Below are positions 19,650 through 28,874 of a stretch of 64,000 nt of DNA, piece by piece. Both the position numbers and the translations under genes were made by a program. Origin of the DNA: an uncultured Bacteroidales bacterium (GTDB lineage Bacteria > Bacteroidota > Bacteroidia > Bacteroidales > UBA10428); assembly GCA_964646255.1 (NCBI GenBank), contig CAZYDI010000006.1, positions 5,142 to 69,141 on the forward strand, in the 5' to 3' direction. The notes beneath the pieces were generated by a model. The model searched no databases. It was given only the letters and a program-made list of their open reading frames with translations, and was not told the DNA's origin. Position 1 is the stretch's first letter. Every line of letters starts with the position of its first letter.

Positions 19650-22603
19650 CAGGCTTCAGTGTTTCTTACTTTGGTTAAATATCCCACTTTGGGAAGGGTG
19701 TGTAATTCTTCGAGCACATGATAATTGCGCTCGTTTGAATATACCTTGAAAATATTGGTGTGTGAATCGTTCAGATCGCCAAAAGTGAGCGCTTCAGCAG
19801 GACAGGCCTGCACGCAGGCAGGAATAACTTCACCATCCTTTAAGGTACGGTTTTCAAGCTTGGCATTCAGCTTCTTTTCCTGAATACGCTGCACACAGAA
19901 AGTACACTTTTCAACTACACCGCGCTCCCTTACTACAACATCAGGATTCAATACCAGCTTCCCCAGTTCGGAATTTTGGTTATAATCGAACTTTGGATTT
20001 TCCGTGAACTTAAACCAGTTAAACCTTCTCACCTTGTAAGGGCAGTTGTTGATACAGTAACGTGTACCTACGCAGCGGTTATAAGCCATTTGGTTAAGCC
20101 CTTCATTGCTGTGGGTTGTGGCAGCAACCGGACATACATTTTCACAGGGCGCATTATCGCAATGCTGACACATCATCGGTTGAAACAGAACCGATGGTTT
20201 TTCAGGCTCACCGGTATAGTAACGGTCGATCCTTATCCAATGCATAATTCTTCGCTTGATAACCTGTTCCTTGCCAACCACTGCTATATTATTTTCGGCC
20301 TGGCATGCGATGGTACAGGCACCGCATCCGATACAGGAATTAAGGTCGACACCCAAACCCCAGAGGAAACTGTCGTGCCGGTGCTCAGGGTACAGCGTTT
20401 GATGGTGTTTTTCAAACTCTTCATGCATTTCGTTACCTGAATTCGGTTTTTCGCGGTAAGCCTTTAAGGTGGTTTCACGCACAATTTCCCTTCCCTCGAG
20501 GGTATGGTGAGTTTGTGTAAGTGCGAGGGTTGTTCTTTTACCGGTTAATGCAGGTTCATCAACCTTACGGTAATATTGAACGTTGCCGTTTTGCATCACT
20601 GCAAAAGGATACACGTTACTCCCTATATCTTCAGCAACTTTTCCGGCTCCTGTCCTTCCATAGTTCAGGGCTATGGATAATACCCCATATGCCTGTCCCG
20701 GCTGAACAAGGGCTGGTAATTCCATGCCCGCAACAACAATGATATCGCCGGTTTCAATTCCCTTTTCCCTGGCATATTTTGGAGATATGGATGCGTAATT
20801 TTCCCAGGTAACCCGCGATACCGGGTCGGGTAATTCCTGGAGCCACGGATTATTTGAATGGTATGGCGAACTGAGTCCTATGGGAACAGTAAGCTGCAAT
20901 TCAAAAACATCGTCATCGGGTTCATCAATCCTGATGTCGCTAATATTTGTGGCATACCTGATACTGTCCTCAGCCACATCATATTCCATGCAACCCTTTT
21001 GCAACAGTTCAATACGGAATGTTTCAAAATCAGGATATCCCGAAAACCTTGGGTAAAGTTCCTTTTCCCAGTACTGCCTCAGGTATTCTGAAAAATTGAT
21101 TGTACTGCCTGTCCACACCAGCAGGCTATCCTGCATTTGGCGACTATCGAAAATATGGTGAATTCCGGGCTGAGATATGCTGTATATGCCCCTGCGGGGC
21201 TCAAAATCGTTCCACGACTCCAGGAAATGGAAGTCAGGTAAAATATAATCGCAATGTGTCATTGTTTCATTGGGGAATCCCGTAAAGGAAACCTTCAGAT
21301 CTACATAGGACAGAGCAGTGGTCAACCGTTCTGAATCATGGTAATCATATCCGGGATTGGCGTTGTTGAAAAGGACAGCTCCAACCCTGCCGTTTTCCAT
21401 TCGCTCGAGCAATTCTGTAAATTCAAGGTCGGACCCCTGTTTTGTAAGCAGGCGCCTTGAAGTATCGAATGTATGGCCAAAGTTGCCCAGCAAACGGTTG
21501 ATGGCGATAACAATTTTTTGAACATTGGCATCGTTCGAACCCGAAATAACAATCGATTTTCCCCTTTTTGAAAGCAGTTCTGCTGCATATTTTTCAAGCT
21601 GGTAATCAACTGCCGGTGCATTTACGCTGATTTTTTCACCGCTGGTTTTTGAAGCAATAAGGTTGTGTAAAGTGGCAAGAATAACACCTTCCTGTGAAGG
21701 CTTAATTTGTATACGTTCATCAGCATTGCTGCCAGTAAGGGAGAGACCAGCTTCAAACTGAATATGCCTGCTCATGTTTGGCGAGGATTTTTCCACTTTC
21801 CTCTTCTGCACATAAGCCAGGGTAAACTCCACCGGCATTAACCATGTGCCCAGGAAATCAGCGCCAAAGCTTATAATTAGTTCGGCATTGCTAAACAGGG
21901 GATAGGGTATACCTGCATCACCGGTACTTTCGCGGTAGGCATCCGTGAGGCCCGAGTATGAAATTCCGTCGTAATAAACCACACGCAATGTGGGATATTT
22001 AGTCCTGAATCCGGCCAGCAATTTATGGGTGGCAGGGCTAAAAATGGTGGATGAGAGCAGCACTATCTCCCTGCCTTCACGGTTAATTTTTTCAAGTGCT
22101 CCGGTAATCTCTTTATCGGCATCTGCCCAGCTTATAGAGGCATTTTCTTTTCGCGGCCCCGTTATGCGGGCATTGTCGTATAACGATAATACAGAAGCCT
22201 GCACACGCGGTGAAGTTCCCCCACGGGTATAAGGATATAGACTGTTACCTTCGAGTTTAATTGGCCTGCCATCCCGTACCTTAATGACTACCGGACAGAA
22301 TTCCGATCCGTCGTAAAATGTGGATGCATAATGAGAGGCAACTCCCGGTGTAACGTCATCGGTTTGATTGAGAAAAGGTACGGCAAATTGAATGGGCTTT
22401 TTACATGCTGCAAGAATGGCTGAAGAAGCAACACTATAACTCATCAATTTCAGAAAATCACGCCTCGAAGCATTAAGTTTAAAAGGAACACCTTCGATTA
22501 AATTTATTATATTTCCTTTATCACCCTGTTCCTTGCTCTTTTCTTCCTCAGGAACCACAGGGCCACTGACCACTTCTTCGAGGCTACGCCAGTACTTTTT
22601 CAT
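19649..22603 (-). CDS. actB: ACIII subunit ActB (Tat-exported molybdopterin-oxidoreductase-like + 4Fe-4S ferredoxin domains)
   Basis: The 984-aa protein has the Tat motif SRRDFLK. A large MopB-like domain is followed by several Cys clusters (CIGCGACTIAC, CQHCDNAPC, CVGTRYCINNCP, CTFC...CVQACP). Confidence 0.9.
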   Translation of the reverse strand: MKKYWRSLEEVVSGPVVPEEEKSKEQGDKGNIINLIEGVPFKLNASRRDFLKLMSYSVASSAILAACKKPIQFAVPFLNQTDDVTPGVASHYASTFYDGSEFCPVVIKVRDGRPIKLEGNSLYPYTRGGTSPRVQASVLSLYDNARITGPRKENASISWADADKEITGALEKINREGREIVLLSSTIFSPATHKLLAGFRTKYPTLRVVYYDGISYSGLTDAYRESTGDAGIPYPLFSNAELIISFGADFLGTWLMPVEFTLAYVQKRKVEKSSPNMSRHIQFEAGLSLTGSNADERIQIKPSQEGVILATLHNLIASKTSGEKISVNAPAVDYQLEKYAAELLSKRGKSIVISGSNDANVQKIVIAINRLLGNFGHTFDTSRRLLTKQGSDLEFTELLERMENGRVGAVLFNNANPGYDYHDSERLTTALSYVDLKVSFTGFPNETMTHCDYILPDFHFLESWNDFEPRRGIYSISQPGIHHIFDSRQMQDSLLVWTGSTINFSEYLRQYWEKELYPRFSGYPDFETFRIELLQKGCMEYDVAEDSIRYATNISDIRIDEPDDDVFELQLTVPIGLSSPYHSNNPWLQELPDPVSRVTWENYASISPKYAREKGIETGDIIVVAGMELPALVQPGQAYGVLSIALNYGRTGAGKVAEDIGSNVYPFAVMQNGNVQYYRKVDEPALTGKRTTLALTQTHHTLEGREIVRETTLKAYREKPNSGNEMHEEFEKHHQTLYPEHRHDSFLWGLGVDLNSCIGCGACTIACQAENNIAVVGKEQVIKRRIMHWIRIDRYYTGEPEKPSVLFQPMMCQHCDNAPCENVCPVAATTHSNEGLNQMAYNRCVGTRYCINNCPYKVRRFNWFKFTENPKFDYNQNSELGKLVLNPDVVVRERGVVEKCTFCVQRIQEKKLNAKLENRTLKDGEVIPACVQACPAEALTFGDLNDSHTNIFKVYSNERNYHVLEELHTLPKVGYLTKVRNTEA

Positions 22604-22609
22604 ATGAGG

Positions 22610-23737
22610 TTAATAATGACATTTCATACAATCATTTCCGCCAATCTGCTCTACTGATACCTTGCTGATTTTACCGTCACGCAAATCCTTATGCAATTGG
22701 TCATATTTACCATAGAAGCGATTGTCGAACTGAACATTTGTTTCACGATGGCATTGAATACACCATCCCATAGATAAATCATTTACCTGCACAATCTCAT
22801 CCATTGCTGCAACATCGCCGTGGCAAGTCATACAATCAATCTTACCTGCAGTTACATGCTGGGCGTGATTAAAGTAAACATGGTCCGGCAGGTTGTATAC
22901 CTTCACCCATTTAATGGACTGATTGGTTTCCAGGGCATGATAGATTTTTGCGATCTCAAACTTTCCGCTACGGCTTCCTTCCTTAACCAGCACATGGCAA
23001 TTGTTGCATACGTTAGCAGGCGGTATACCCGCAAACTTGCTCTCTTCGGCACCGAAATGGCAATAGAGACAATCGGTTTGATTTTGTCCGGCATGGACTT
23101 TGTGCGAAAATTTTATTGGCTGACCCGGCTGGTAATCGGGAGATCTTCCAAGATCGATGGCTGCATTAACCGTATAGCGTGTTATCAATAACGCTGAGAT
23201 TCCCATGATGGCTATATGCACCAAACGGAACTTTATTTTGCGTGTGATTGCCAGGTCAACAAAAGCAACGATAAAGGCAATGACCAGCAAAGTAAAAATG
23301 ATCCGGTTTGTTCTTAATGGTTTCAGGGGTTGTTCACCTTTAAGGGCCAGATCGTCGAGAAAGCTTTTGATTTGATGAATCTGCTCATCGTTAAGGTTGA
23401 GATTCATGTGAATGCTTTGCATCACCTGGCCCGTAGGGGCAGTGATTGCGGTCTTAAAGGCGTTAAAATCGCTTTTGCTGTACTTCAGCGCAATATCATA
23501 CGCCGAAGGATTCCAGTTGAGTGTATCTACCCGTCCGATATTATGACATGATGCGCAATTGATGGTATTGGTAACTGAAGGTACAAAACCGTGAAAAAGT
23601 CTTTCACCAATTCTTACATCATGAGCGCTATAGGATTCATAATTTCCATTTCCGCTTAGCGTGTCATTATGGGCAAGTATGGATTGATCAAAAACAATAA
23701 ACGAAAAAACCAGGATTGTAAATGGAATTATCTTCAT
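22610..23737 (-). CDS. actA: ACIII multiheme cytochrome c subunit ActA (six CxxCH motifs)
   Basis: The 375-aa protein carries CASCH, CLYCH, CNNCH, CMTCH, CIQCH and CMKCH. One TM helix (IIFTLLVIAFIVAFVDLAI) separates the first heme motif from the other five. Confidence 0.88.
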   Translation of the reverse strand: MKIIPFTILVFSFIVFDQSILAHNDTLSGNGNYESYSAHDVRIGERLFHGFVPSVTNTINCASCHNIGRVDTLNWNPSAYDIALKYSKSDFNAFKTAITAPTGQVMQSIHMNLNLNDEQIHQIKSFLDDLALKGEQPLKPLRTNRIIFTLLVIAFIVAFVDLAITRKIKFRLVHIAIMGISALLITRYTVNAAIDLGRSPDYQPGQPIKFSHKVHAGQNQTDCLYCHFGAEESKFAGIPPANVCNNCHVLVKEGSRSGKFEIAKIYHALETNQSIKWVKVYNLPDHVYFNHAQHVTAGKIDCMTCHGDVAAMDEIVQVNDLSMGWCIQCHRETNVQFDNRFYGKYDQLHKDLRDGKISKVSVEQIGGNDCMKCHY

Positions 23738-24047
23738 TGGCTCTTAAAATCTGTGAACTAACAAGCGTATTGTAAGTTTTGTTTAAATATATACAGCAAA
23801 CACTGATACTATTTATTAACAAGATATGAAAACCATGTATTCTTGTGGCTTAGCTAAAAAGGACAGGTTATAAACAATCAACCGTTACCACACCCTTTCA
23901 ATAGGTTGAAATAACGCTACCCAAAAAAGCCACTATGGTAAACTTACGAATATGATGTGTTGAATGCAACCCTTTGGTACCAATTGTGGATAAATATTCA
24001 TTTTTTAACCAGTATCAGCCCCACATAAGGGTTTCAGAAAAAATGAA

Positions 24048-24350
24048 TTAAGCCCTTTTATATCGGTATAATCTCCCTGGATTTTTATAGCCCAATTGAT
24101 AGGCCACTTCGTGTTCATTCAACCGGTAATGGTGCAAAAGTTCATTGGCCTTTTGAAGTTTCATCCGGTTAAAGTAATCCTTAATGGTCATTCCGTATCG
24201 CTCGGTAAAAATCCGGTTCATAATAGGGTATCCAATCCTGTGGTTGATATAGGATGGGAGTTTTTTCTGGAATTCACTGAAAGAATGGTTTTGCAAGTCA
24301 AATGACGCTTTTTTGATTTTGCGCAGAATATGTTCAAATGCAGTTTCCAT
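24048..24350 (-). CDS. Stand-alone AraC-family helix-turn-helix protein
   Basis: The 100-aa product holds only the AraC-type double-HTH region (TIKDYFNRMKLQKANELL...VAYQLGYKNPGRLYRYKR). No sensor domain is present. Confidence 0.6.
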   Translation of the reverse strand: METAFEHILRKIKKASFDLQNHSFSEFQKKLPSYINHRIGYPIMNRIFTERYGMTIKDYFNRMKLQKANELLHHYRLNEHEVAYQLGYKNPGRLYRYKRA

Positions 24351-24637
24351 AATATTCGGTTTAGTGTTTTGCTTAATAAATATAAGGAAAGTTGAATCCG
24401 GGAAGATTAAGGTTTCATTAAGATGGTATGAGAAGCAGATTAAGATTCAGGTTCAGTTATAAAAAATCAGGATTTTGCCATCCCGAACCTCCGGTTCCTT
24501 GTGCTGTGGCGGTTTCCAACCACATGCAGGTCTAATGATAAAGGAAACAGGCTATTAATGCAACTTCCTGATAAGTCGGAAGCTATTACACCTTTGCTAT
24601 TTACAACAAAGTCAATCCTATACTGTTACTATACCAT

Positions 24638-25405
24638 ATGAAAAAGTTAAACGAAATGTCGATTCCGGGATTCGTTAATGAAATAGGCCATTTTTCAATT
24701 TTTACCGGCAGGGTTTTCAGGGAGATGTTCTCGGGAGGATTTGAATTCAGGGAGTTCATCCGGCAGTGTTACATGATTGGAAACCGGTCGTTTGTATTGG
24801 TAACCGTTACAGGTTTTATAATGGGCATTGTGTTAACCATACAATCTCGCCCTGCTATGAGCGATTTTGGCGCAGTTGCCATGTTACCCGGAATGGTCGC
24901 GGTTTCTTTCTTCAGGGAAATCGGCCCGGTAATCACCGCGCTTATTTTAGCAGGCAAGGTAGGCTCGGGAATTGGTGCTGAACTTGGATCGATGAAAGTA
25001 ACCGAACAAATCGATGCCATGGAAGTTTCTTCGGTTAACCCTGTTAAATACCTCATTGTTACAAGGGTATTGGCGGTATCGGTGATGTTACCGTTTCTTG
25101 TTCTGTTTGCCGATGCTTTCGGACTCGCAGGGAGCTGGCTTGGTGTTAACCTGAAAGGAAATGTGTCCTTTGCACTCTTTATATCAAGAGCATTCTCACC
25201 GGTTGACTTCATCGATTTTCTTCCTGCCATGATAAAAAGTGTTGCATTTGGAATTGCCATTGGAATTGTTGGTTGTTACAAAGGATTTACCGCATCAAAC
25301 GGAACCGAAAGTGTTGGAGTAGCAGCCAATACATCGGTAGTTATGGCTTCTATGCTCATCATTATCATCGACCTGATCGCTGTGCAGATAACAGATCTTT
25401 TTTAG
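24638..25405 (+). CDS. mlaE: MlaE family ABC transporter permease
   Basis: The 255-aa protein is MlaE/Ttg2B-like (REIGPVITALILAGKVGSGIGAELGSMKVTEQIDAME). Confidence 0.88.
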   Translation: MKKLNEMSIPGFVNEIGHFSIFTGRVFREMFSGGFEFREFIRQCYMIGNRSFVLVTVTGFIMGIVLTIQSRPAMSDFGAVAMLPGMVAVSFFREIGPVITALILAGKVGSGIGAELGSMKVTEQIDAMEVSSVNPVKYLIVTRVLAVSVMLPFLVLFADAFGLAGSWLGVNLKGNVSFALFISRAFSPVDFIDFLPAMIKSVAFGIAIGIVGCYKGFTASNGTESVGVAANTSVVMASMLIIIIDLIAVQITDLF

Positions 25406-25413
25406 CAGATGTT

Positions 25414-26166
25414 ATGAAGGAAAAAAGGCAAAATTCACAGGAACCGGTAGTTGATATCGAAAACCTCAAAATAGGATTTAATGGTAATGAAGTGTTAACC
25501 AACATTACCATGCAATTGCATGAGGGAGAAAACCTTGTTGTATTGGGCAGATCGGGATGCGGCAAGTCAGTTCTGGCTAAGTGCATAATCGGCCTGTTAA
25601 GGTGTGATGAAGGTAAAGTGAGCGTTTTGGGCAGGAATATTCCCGAATTGAGCCTTACGGAACTGAATGAGCTCAGGAGAAAAATGGGTTATCTTTTTCA
25701 GAGTGGTGCTCTGTATGATTCAATGACCGTAAGGGAAAATCTCGGTTTCCAGTTGAAGCGCATTAACAGAACCCTTTCATTGGCTGATATCAATGAAAAG
25801 GTGGCGGAAGCGTTGGAAAATGTGGGGTTGATAAATGCAGCCGACAAAATGCCTTCCGAATTGTCAGGGGGTATGCGAAAAAGGATTGGCCTGGCAAGGA
25901 CAATTGTGGCAGAGCCGGAAATCATTCTCTACGATGAACCAACCACCGGACTCGATCCGGTTACATCGGATGAAATAAGTGTACTTATCAACCATATAAA
26001 GGAAAGGTATAAGGCTTCTTCATTAATCATCACGCACGATATCAGGTGTGTGAAAATGGTAGCCGACAGAATTCTTATGCTGAATAACGGTGAAGTGTAT
26101 AAGTCAGGCAATCCGGATTCATTTGAAACATCGGGCGATCCGTTTATCAAACAATTTTTTAAATAG
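25414..26166 (+). CDS. mlaF: MlaF-type ABC transporter ATP-binding protein
   Basis: It has Walker A GRSGCGKS, signature LSGGMRKR and Walker B IILYDEPT. The start is taken at ATG 25414 (MKEKRQ...) rather than the 25273 extension, which overlaps mlaE. Confidence 0.88.
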   Translation: MKEKRQNSQEPVVDIENLKIGFNGNEVLTNITMQLHEGENLVVLGRSGCGKSVLAKCIIGLLRCDEGKVSVLGRNIPELSLTELNELRRKMGYLFQSGALYDSMTVRENLGFQLKRINRTLSLADINEKVAEALENVGLINAADKMPSELSGGMRKRIGLARTIVAEPEIILYDEPTTGLDPVTSDEISVLINHIKERYKASSLIITHDIRCVKMVADRILMLNNGEVYKSGNPDSFETSGDPFIKQFFK

Positions 26167-26173
26167 ATATTCC

Positions 26174-26905
26174 ATGAGCATAAAACTGAAAACAGATACA
26201 TCTAAATTAGGGCTGATGGTTCTTGCAGGATTTGTGATTTTTATGCTGATCATTTTTTTCATTGGGCGTAAGCAAAACCTGTTTGATTCTGTCATAAAAC
26301 TTTCTACGGCGTTTAACAATGTAAGCGGATTGGAAGTAGGCAACAACATACGGTTTGCGGGGATAAACGTGGGTACAGTAAGCGCAATTACCATAGTTAA
26401 TGATTCAACTGTTAAGGTTGATATGACGGTTAAGAAAGATGTGAGGCAATTCCTGCGGACTGACTGTGTGGTATCCATAGCTTCTGAAGGTATTATTGGC
26501 GATAAGATACTGGTCATTAACCAGGGAAGTGAAGATGCCGGTGAGGTAGAGGATGGCGATATGCTTCCGTCAACAGAACCTGTAGAAACGGATGATGTGC
26601 TGAACAGTATTGCAGTTACTGCACAGAACCTTGAAATTATTTCCACACAGCTTGCCGAGATTACAGTACGTATTAACAATGGCGAAGGAACACTCGGGAG
26701 GTTAATACAGGACTCTGTTATTTCCGAAAACATTAACCAGATGATCATTAACCTCAGGAAAGGTTCCAGGGGCCTGAAAGAAAATATGGAAGCCGCAAGG
26801 CAGAATTTCCTTTTGCGTGGTTATTTCAATAAAAAGGAAAGGGAAGCCAGGAGAGACAGTATAGAAAAAGCCGAAGCGGAAGCCGAAATGAACAAAGAAC
26901 AATAA
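26174..26905 (+). CDS. mlaD: MlaD/MCE-domain substrate-binding protein
   Basis: It has an N-terminal TM anchor, an MCE domain (FNNVSGLEVGNNIRFAGINVGTVSAI) and a coiled C-terminus. The start is taken at ATG 26174. Confidence 0.85.
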   Translation: MSIKLKTDTSKLGLMVLAGFVIFMLIIFFIGRKQNLFDSVIKLSTAFNNVSGLEVGNNIRFAGINVGTVSAITIVNDSTVKVDMTVKKDVRQFLRTDCVVSIASEGIIGDKILVINQGSEDAGEVEDGDMLPSTEPVETDDVLNSIAVTAQNLEIISTQLAEITVRINNGEGTLGRLIQDSVISENINQMIINLRKGSRGLKENMEAARQNFLLRGYFNKKEREARRDSIEKAEAEAEMNKEQ

Positions 26906-26907
26906 AA

Positions 26908-26951
26908 AAGGAGGCCCAAAAAGTGTTATGCACCTTTTGAAAAGCCTCCTT
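26908..26951. terminator. Candidate bidirectional hairpin between convergent mlaD and prx
   Basis: AAGGAGGC (26908-26915) pairs with GCCTCCTT (26944-26951). An inner AAAAGTG/CACcTTTT pairing is also possible. The loop is long, so the call is tentative. Confidence 0.35.
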
Positions 26952-26968
26952 GTTGGGTGAGCGTTGGA

Positions 26969-27676
26969 TTACTTTTTCTTAATCTCGGCCCATACTTTTT
27001 CTTCAGGCAATGGCTTTGTACAGAAGAACCAATCATGACACGTAATGCCATTTTTGCTTTCCATGCGTTCCTTTGCCACACCGCATGAACCGGCTGTGGG
27101 AACAATAACATCATCTCCCGGCCGCCAATCTGCTGGTGTTGCAACACTGAATTTATCAGCCGTTTGCAAACCGACAACAATCCTGTAGAGCTCATCAAAA
27201 TTACGTCCAAGCGACAATGGATAATAAAGTATAGTCCTTACTTTTCCCTCGGGGTCGATAACGAAAACCGCGCGAACTGCTTTGGTGCTGCTTTCACCGG
27301 GTTGCATCATTCCGTATTTGCGGGCAACCTCCATGGTAATGTCTTCAATGAGCGGGAAAGTCACCTCCACATCTTTCATTCCTTTGTATTGAATCTTTTC
27401 CTTGATTGTGCGCAGCCAGGCTATGTGGCTATATAGCCCGTCAACAGAAAGCCCAACAAGTTTACAGTTTACATCATTAAACTTGCTCTCAAGTGTGGCA
27501 AAAGTCATGAATTCTGAAGTACAAACCGGCGTAAAGTCAGCAGGATGACTGAACAAAATTACCCAACTTCCTTTGTAATCACCGGGGAAGTTGATGTTTC
27601 CCTGGGTTGTCACTGCTTTGAATTCAGGTGCAGGCTGACCTATAAGCGGCAATGCTGTTATTGCTTTTTCTTCCAT
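26969..27676 (-). CDS. Peroxiredoxin, Prx6/1-Cys-like subfamily with C-terminal Cx5C
   Basis: The 235-aa protein has the peroxidatic motif FTPVCTSE. Its C-terminal tail carries CHDWFFC. Confidence 0.88.
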   Translation of the reverse strand: MEEKAITALPLIGQPAPEFKAVTTQGNINFPGDYKGSWVILFSHPADFTPVCTSEFMTFATLESKFNDVNCKLVGLSVDGLYSHIAWLRTIKEKIQYKGMKDVEVTFPLIEDITMEVARKYGMMQPGESSTKAVRAVFVIDPEGKVRTILYYPLSLGRNFDELYRIVVGLQTADKFSVATPADWRPGDDVIVPTAGSCGVAKERMESKNGITCHDWFFCTKPLPEEKVWAEIKKK

Positions 27677-27698
27677 GGTATTTAAATTTTGGTTTAAA

Positions 27699-28205
27699 CT
27701 AATCCGAAGTTTTTCCGGCAGCTACATTTTTGCTGCGTTCTATTGACTGAAGGGCCAGGTAATTGTCCCCGAATTTTTCGAGGTTTTCCAGTTCCTTATC
27801 ATACTGATCGAAATGACGTTCTTCGTCATCCACTAACTGTTCAAATATTTTCTTCGTGGCAGAATCTGCATTTTGTGAGCATACATTTGCCCAGTTATTG
27901 TAGTCCTTAATGCTGCCATTTTCCATGCTGCAGGCCAAATCGAGCATTTTTTTAACATCGTGGATTTTTTGGACGGCGGCCGAAGGATTCATTTCAACTT
28001 CTCCTTTCAGAAACAATATGCGCTCTGCAAGCGTCTCAACATGCATCATTTCATCAATAGCTGAACGTTTAAAGAGATTGGAGATTAAATCATAGCCCAG
28101 ATCGTCACAGCGAAAGTGAAAATACATGTATTGATGCACTGCCGCAAGTTCATCAGCCACTGCTTTGTTTAAGAGTTCGACGCTTTTTTCTTTCATGGTA
28201 TTCAT
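27699..28205 (-). CDS. bfr: Bacterioferritin
   Basis: The 168-aa protein aligns with Bfr over NKAVADELAAVHQYMYFHF and AIDEMMHVETLAERILFLKG. The second segment includes the Met equivalent to the heme ligand, and the ferroxidase Glu/His residues are present. Confidence 0.85.
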   Translation of the reverse strand: MNTMKEKSVELLNKAVADELAAVHQYMYFHFRCDDLGYDLISNLFKRSAIDEMMHVETLAERILFLKGEVEMNPSAAVQKIHDVKKMLDLACSMENGSIKDYNNWANVCSQNADSATKKIFEQLVDDEERHFDQYDKELENLEKFGDNYLALQSIERSKNVAAGKTSD

Positions 28206-28236
28206 AATTAAAATTGAATGGAAAAATTATTGTTGG

Positions 28237-28668
28237 TTAGTTAATTTTTTCATGTGAAGCATAGGTGCCAATTAGCTGAAGGCGGATATCCTCAATCCGG
28301 AATCCCGGAATGGAATGCTCCTCAAAATAGTTGCTGAGCAGTGTATTCAATTGCTCGTCCTTATAATCTTCAATCAGGTCACAATCCGAGCAATAAATAT
28401 GATGGTGCTTCTCGAGGTCGGCATCATATCTCATGTTGTCCTTGTCCGTTTTAACACGTACAATGATCTTCTTTTCCGTTAATACATCCAGTACCTTATA
28501 CACGGTGGCAACAGAAACATGCGGATGTCTCTTACGGATATATTCCAGAATCATTTCAGAGGTAGGATGATTTTTAAGCGTGATGATGGCATCCAGTACA
28601 GCAAGGCGTTGCGGGGTAACCTTCAGGCTATTATCGGTAAGGCATTTACTGACAAAATGAATATTCAT
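28237..28668 (-). CDS. Fur family transcriptional regulator (Fur/PerR-like, paralog 1)
   Basis: The 143-aa protein has the winged helix LKVTPQRLAVLDAI...VATVYKVL and the metal motif HHHIYCSDC. It keeps only one CxxC pair. Confidence 0.88.
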   Translation of the reverse strand: MNIHFVSKCLTDNSLKVTPQRLAVLDAIITLKNHPTSEMILEYIRKRHPHVSVATVYKVLDVLTEKKIIVRVKTDKDNMRYDADLEKHHHIYCSDCDLIEDYKDEQLNTLLSNYFEEHSIPGFRIEDIRLQLIGTYASHEKIN

Positions 28669-28684
28669 TGGAAATAAAACTAGG

Positions 28685-28699
28685 TGATAATAATTCTCA
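28685..28699 (-). promoter_or_regulatory. Near-consensus 7-1-7 Fur box upstream of the fur(1)-bfr-prx operon
   Basis: TGATAAT-A-ATTCTCA matches TGATAATnATTATCA with one mismatch. It lies 17-31 nt upstream of the fur paralog 1 start. Confidence 0.55.
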
Positions 28700-28874
28700 T
28701 CAAATAAAGTTTAAATATAAAAGGAATAATTGGTTCAACAATAGAAAAATGGTGAAATCTTCAGAATTTTTCTAAATAAACTCTAAATTATTGATATTCA
28801 AATTTCAAGGCAAATCTTTAAAAGTACTGCATTGTGCTTGCTTCGGGCAGCAGGGAGCTACCAACAGCCGGCAA

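Noticed and set aside
25273-25413. Upstream extension of the mlaF ORF (start at 25273)
   Set aside because: It overlaps the mlaE 3' end by 133 nt and encodes an Arg/His-rich, non-ABC-like peptide. ATG 25414 gives a normal ABC ATPase N-terminus 9 nt after the mlaE stop.
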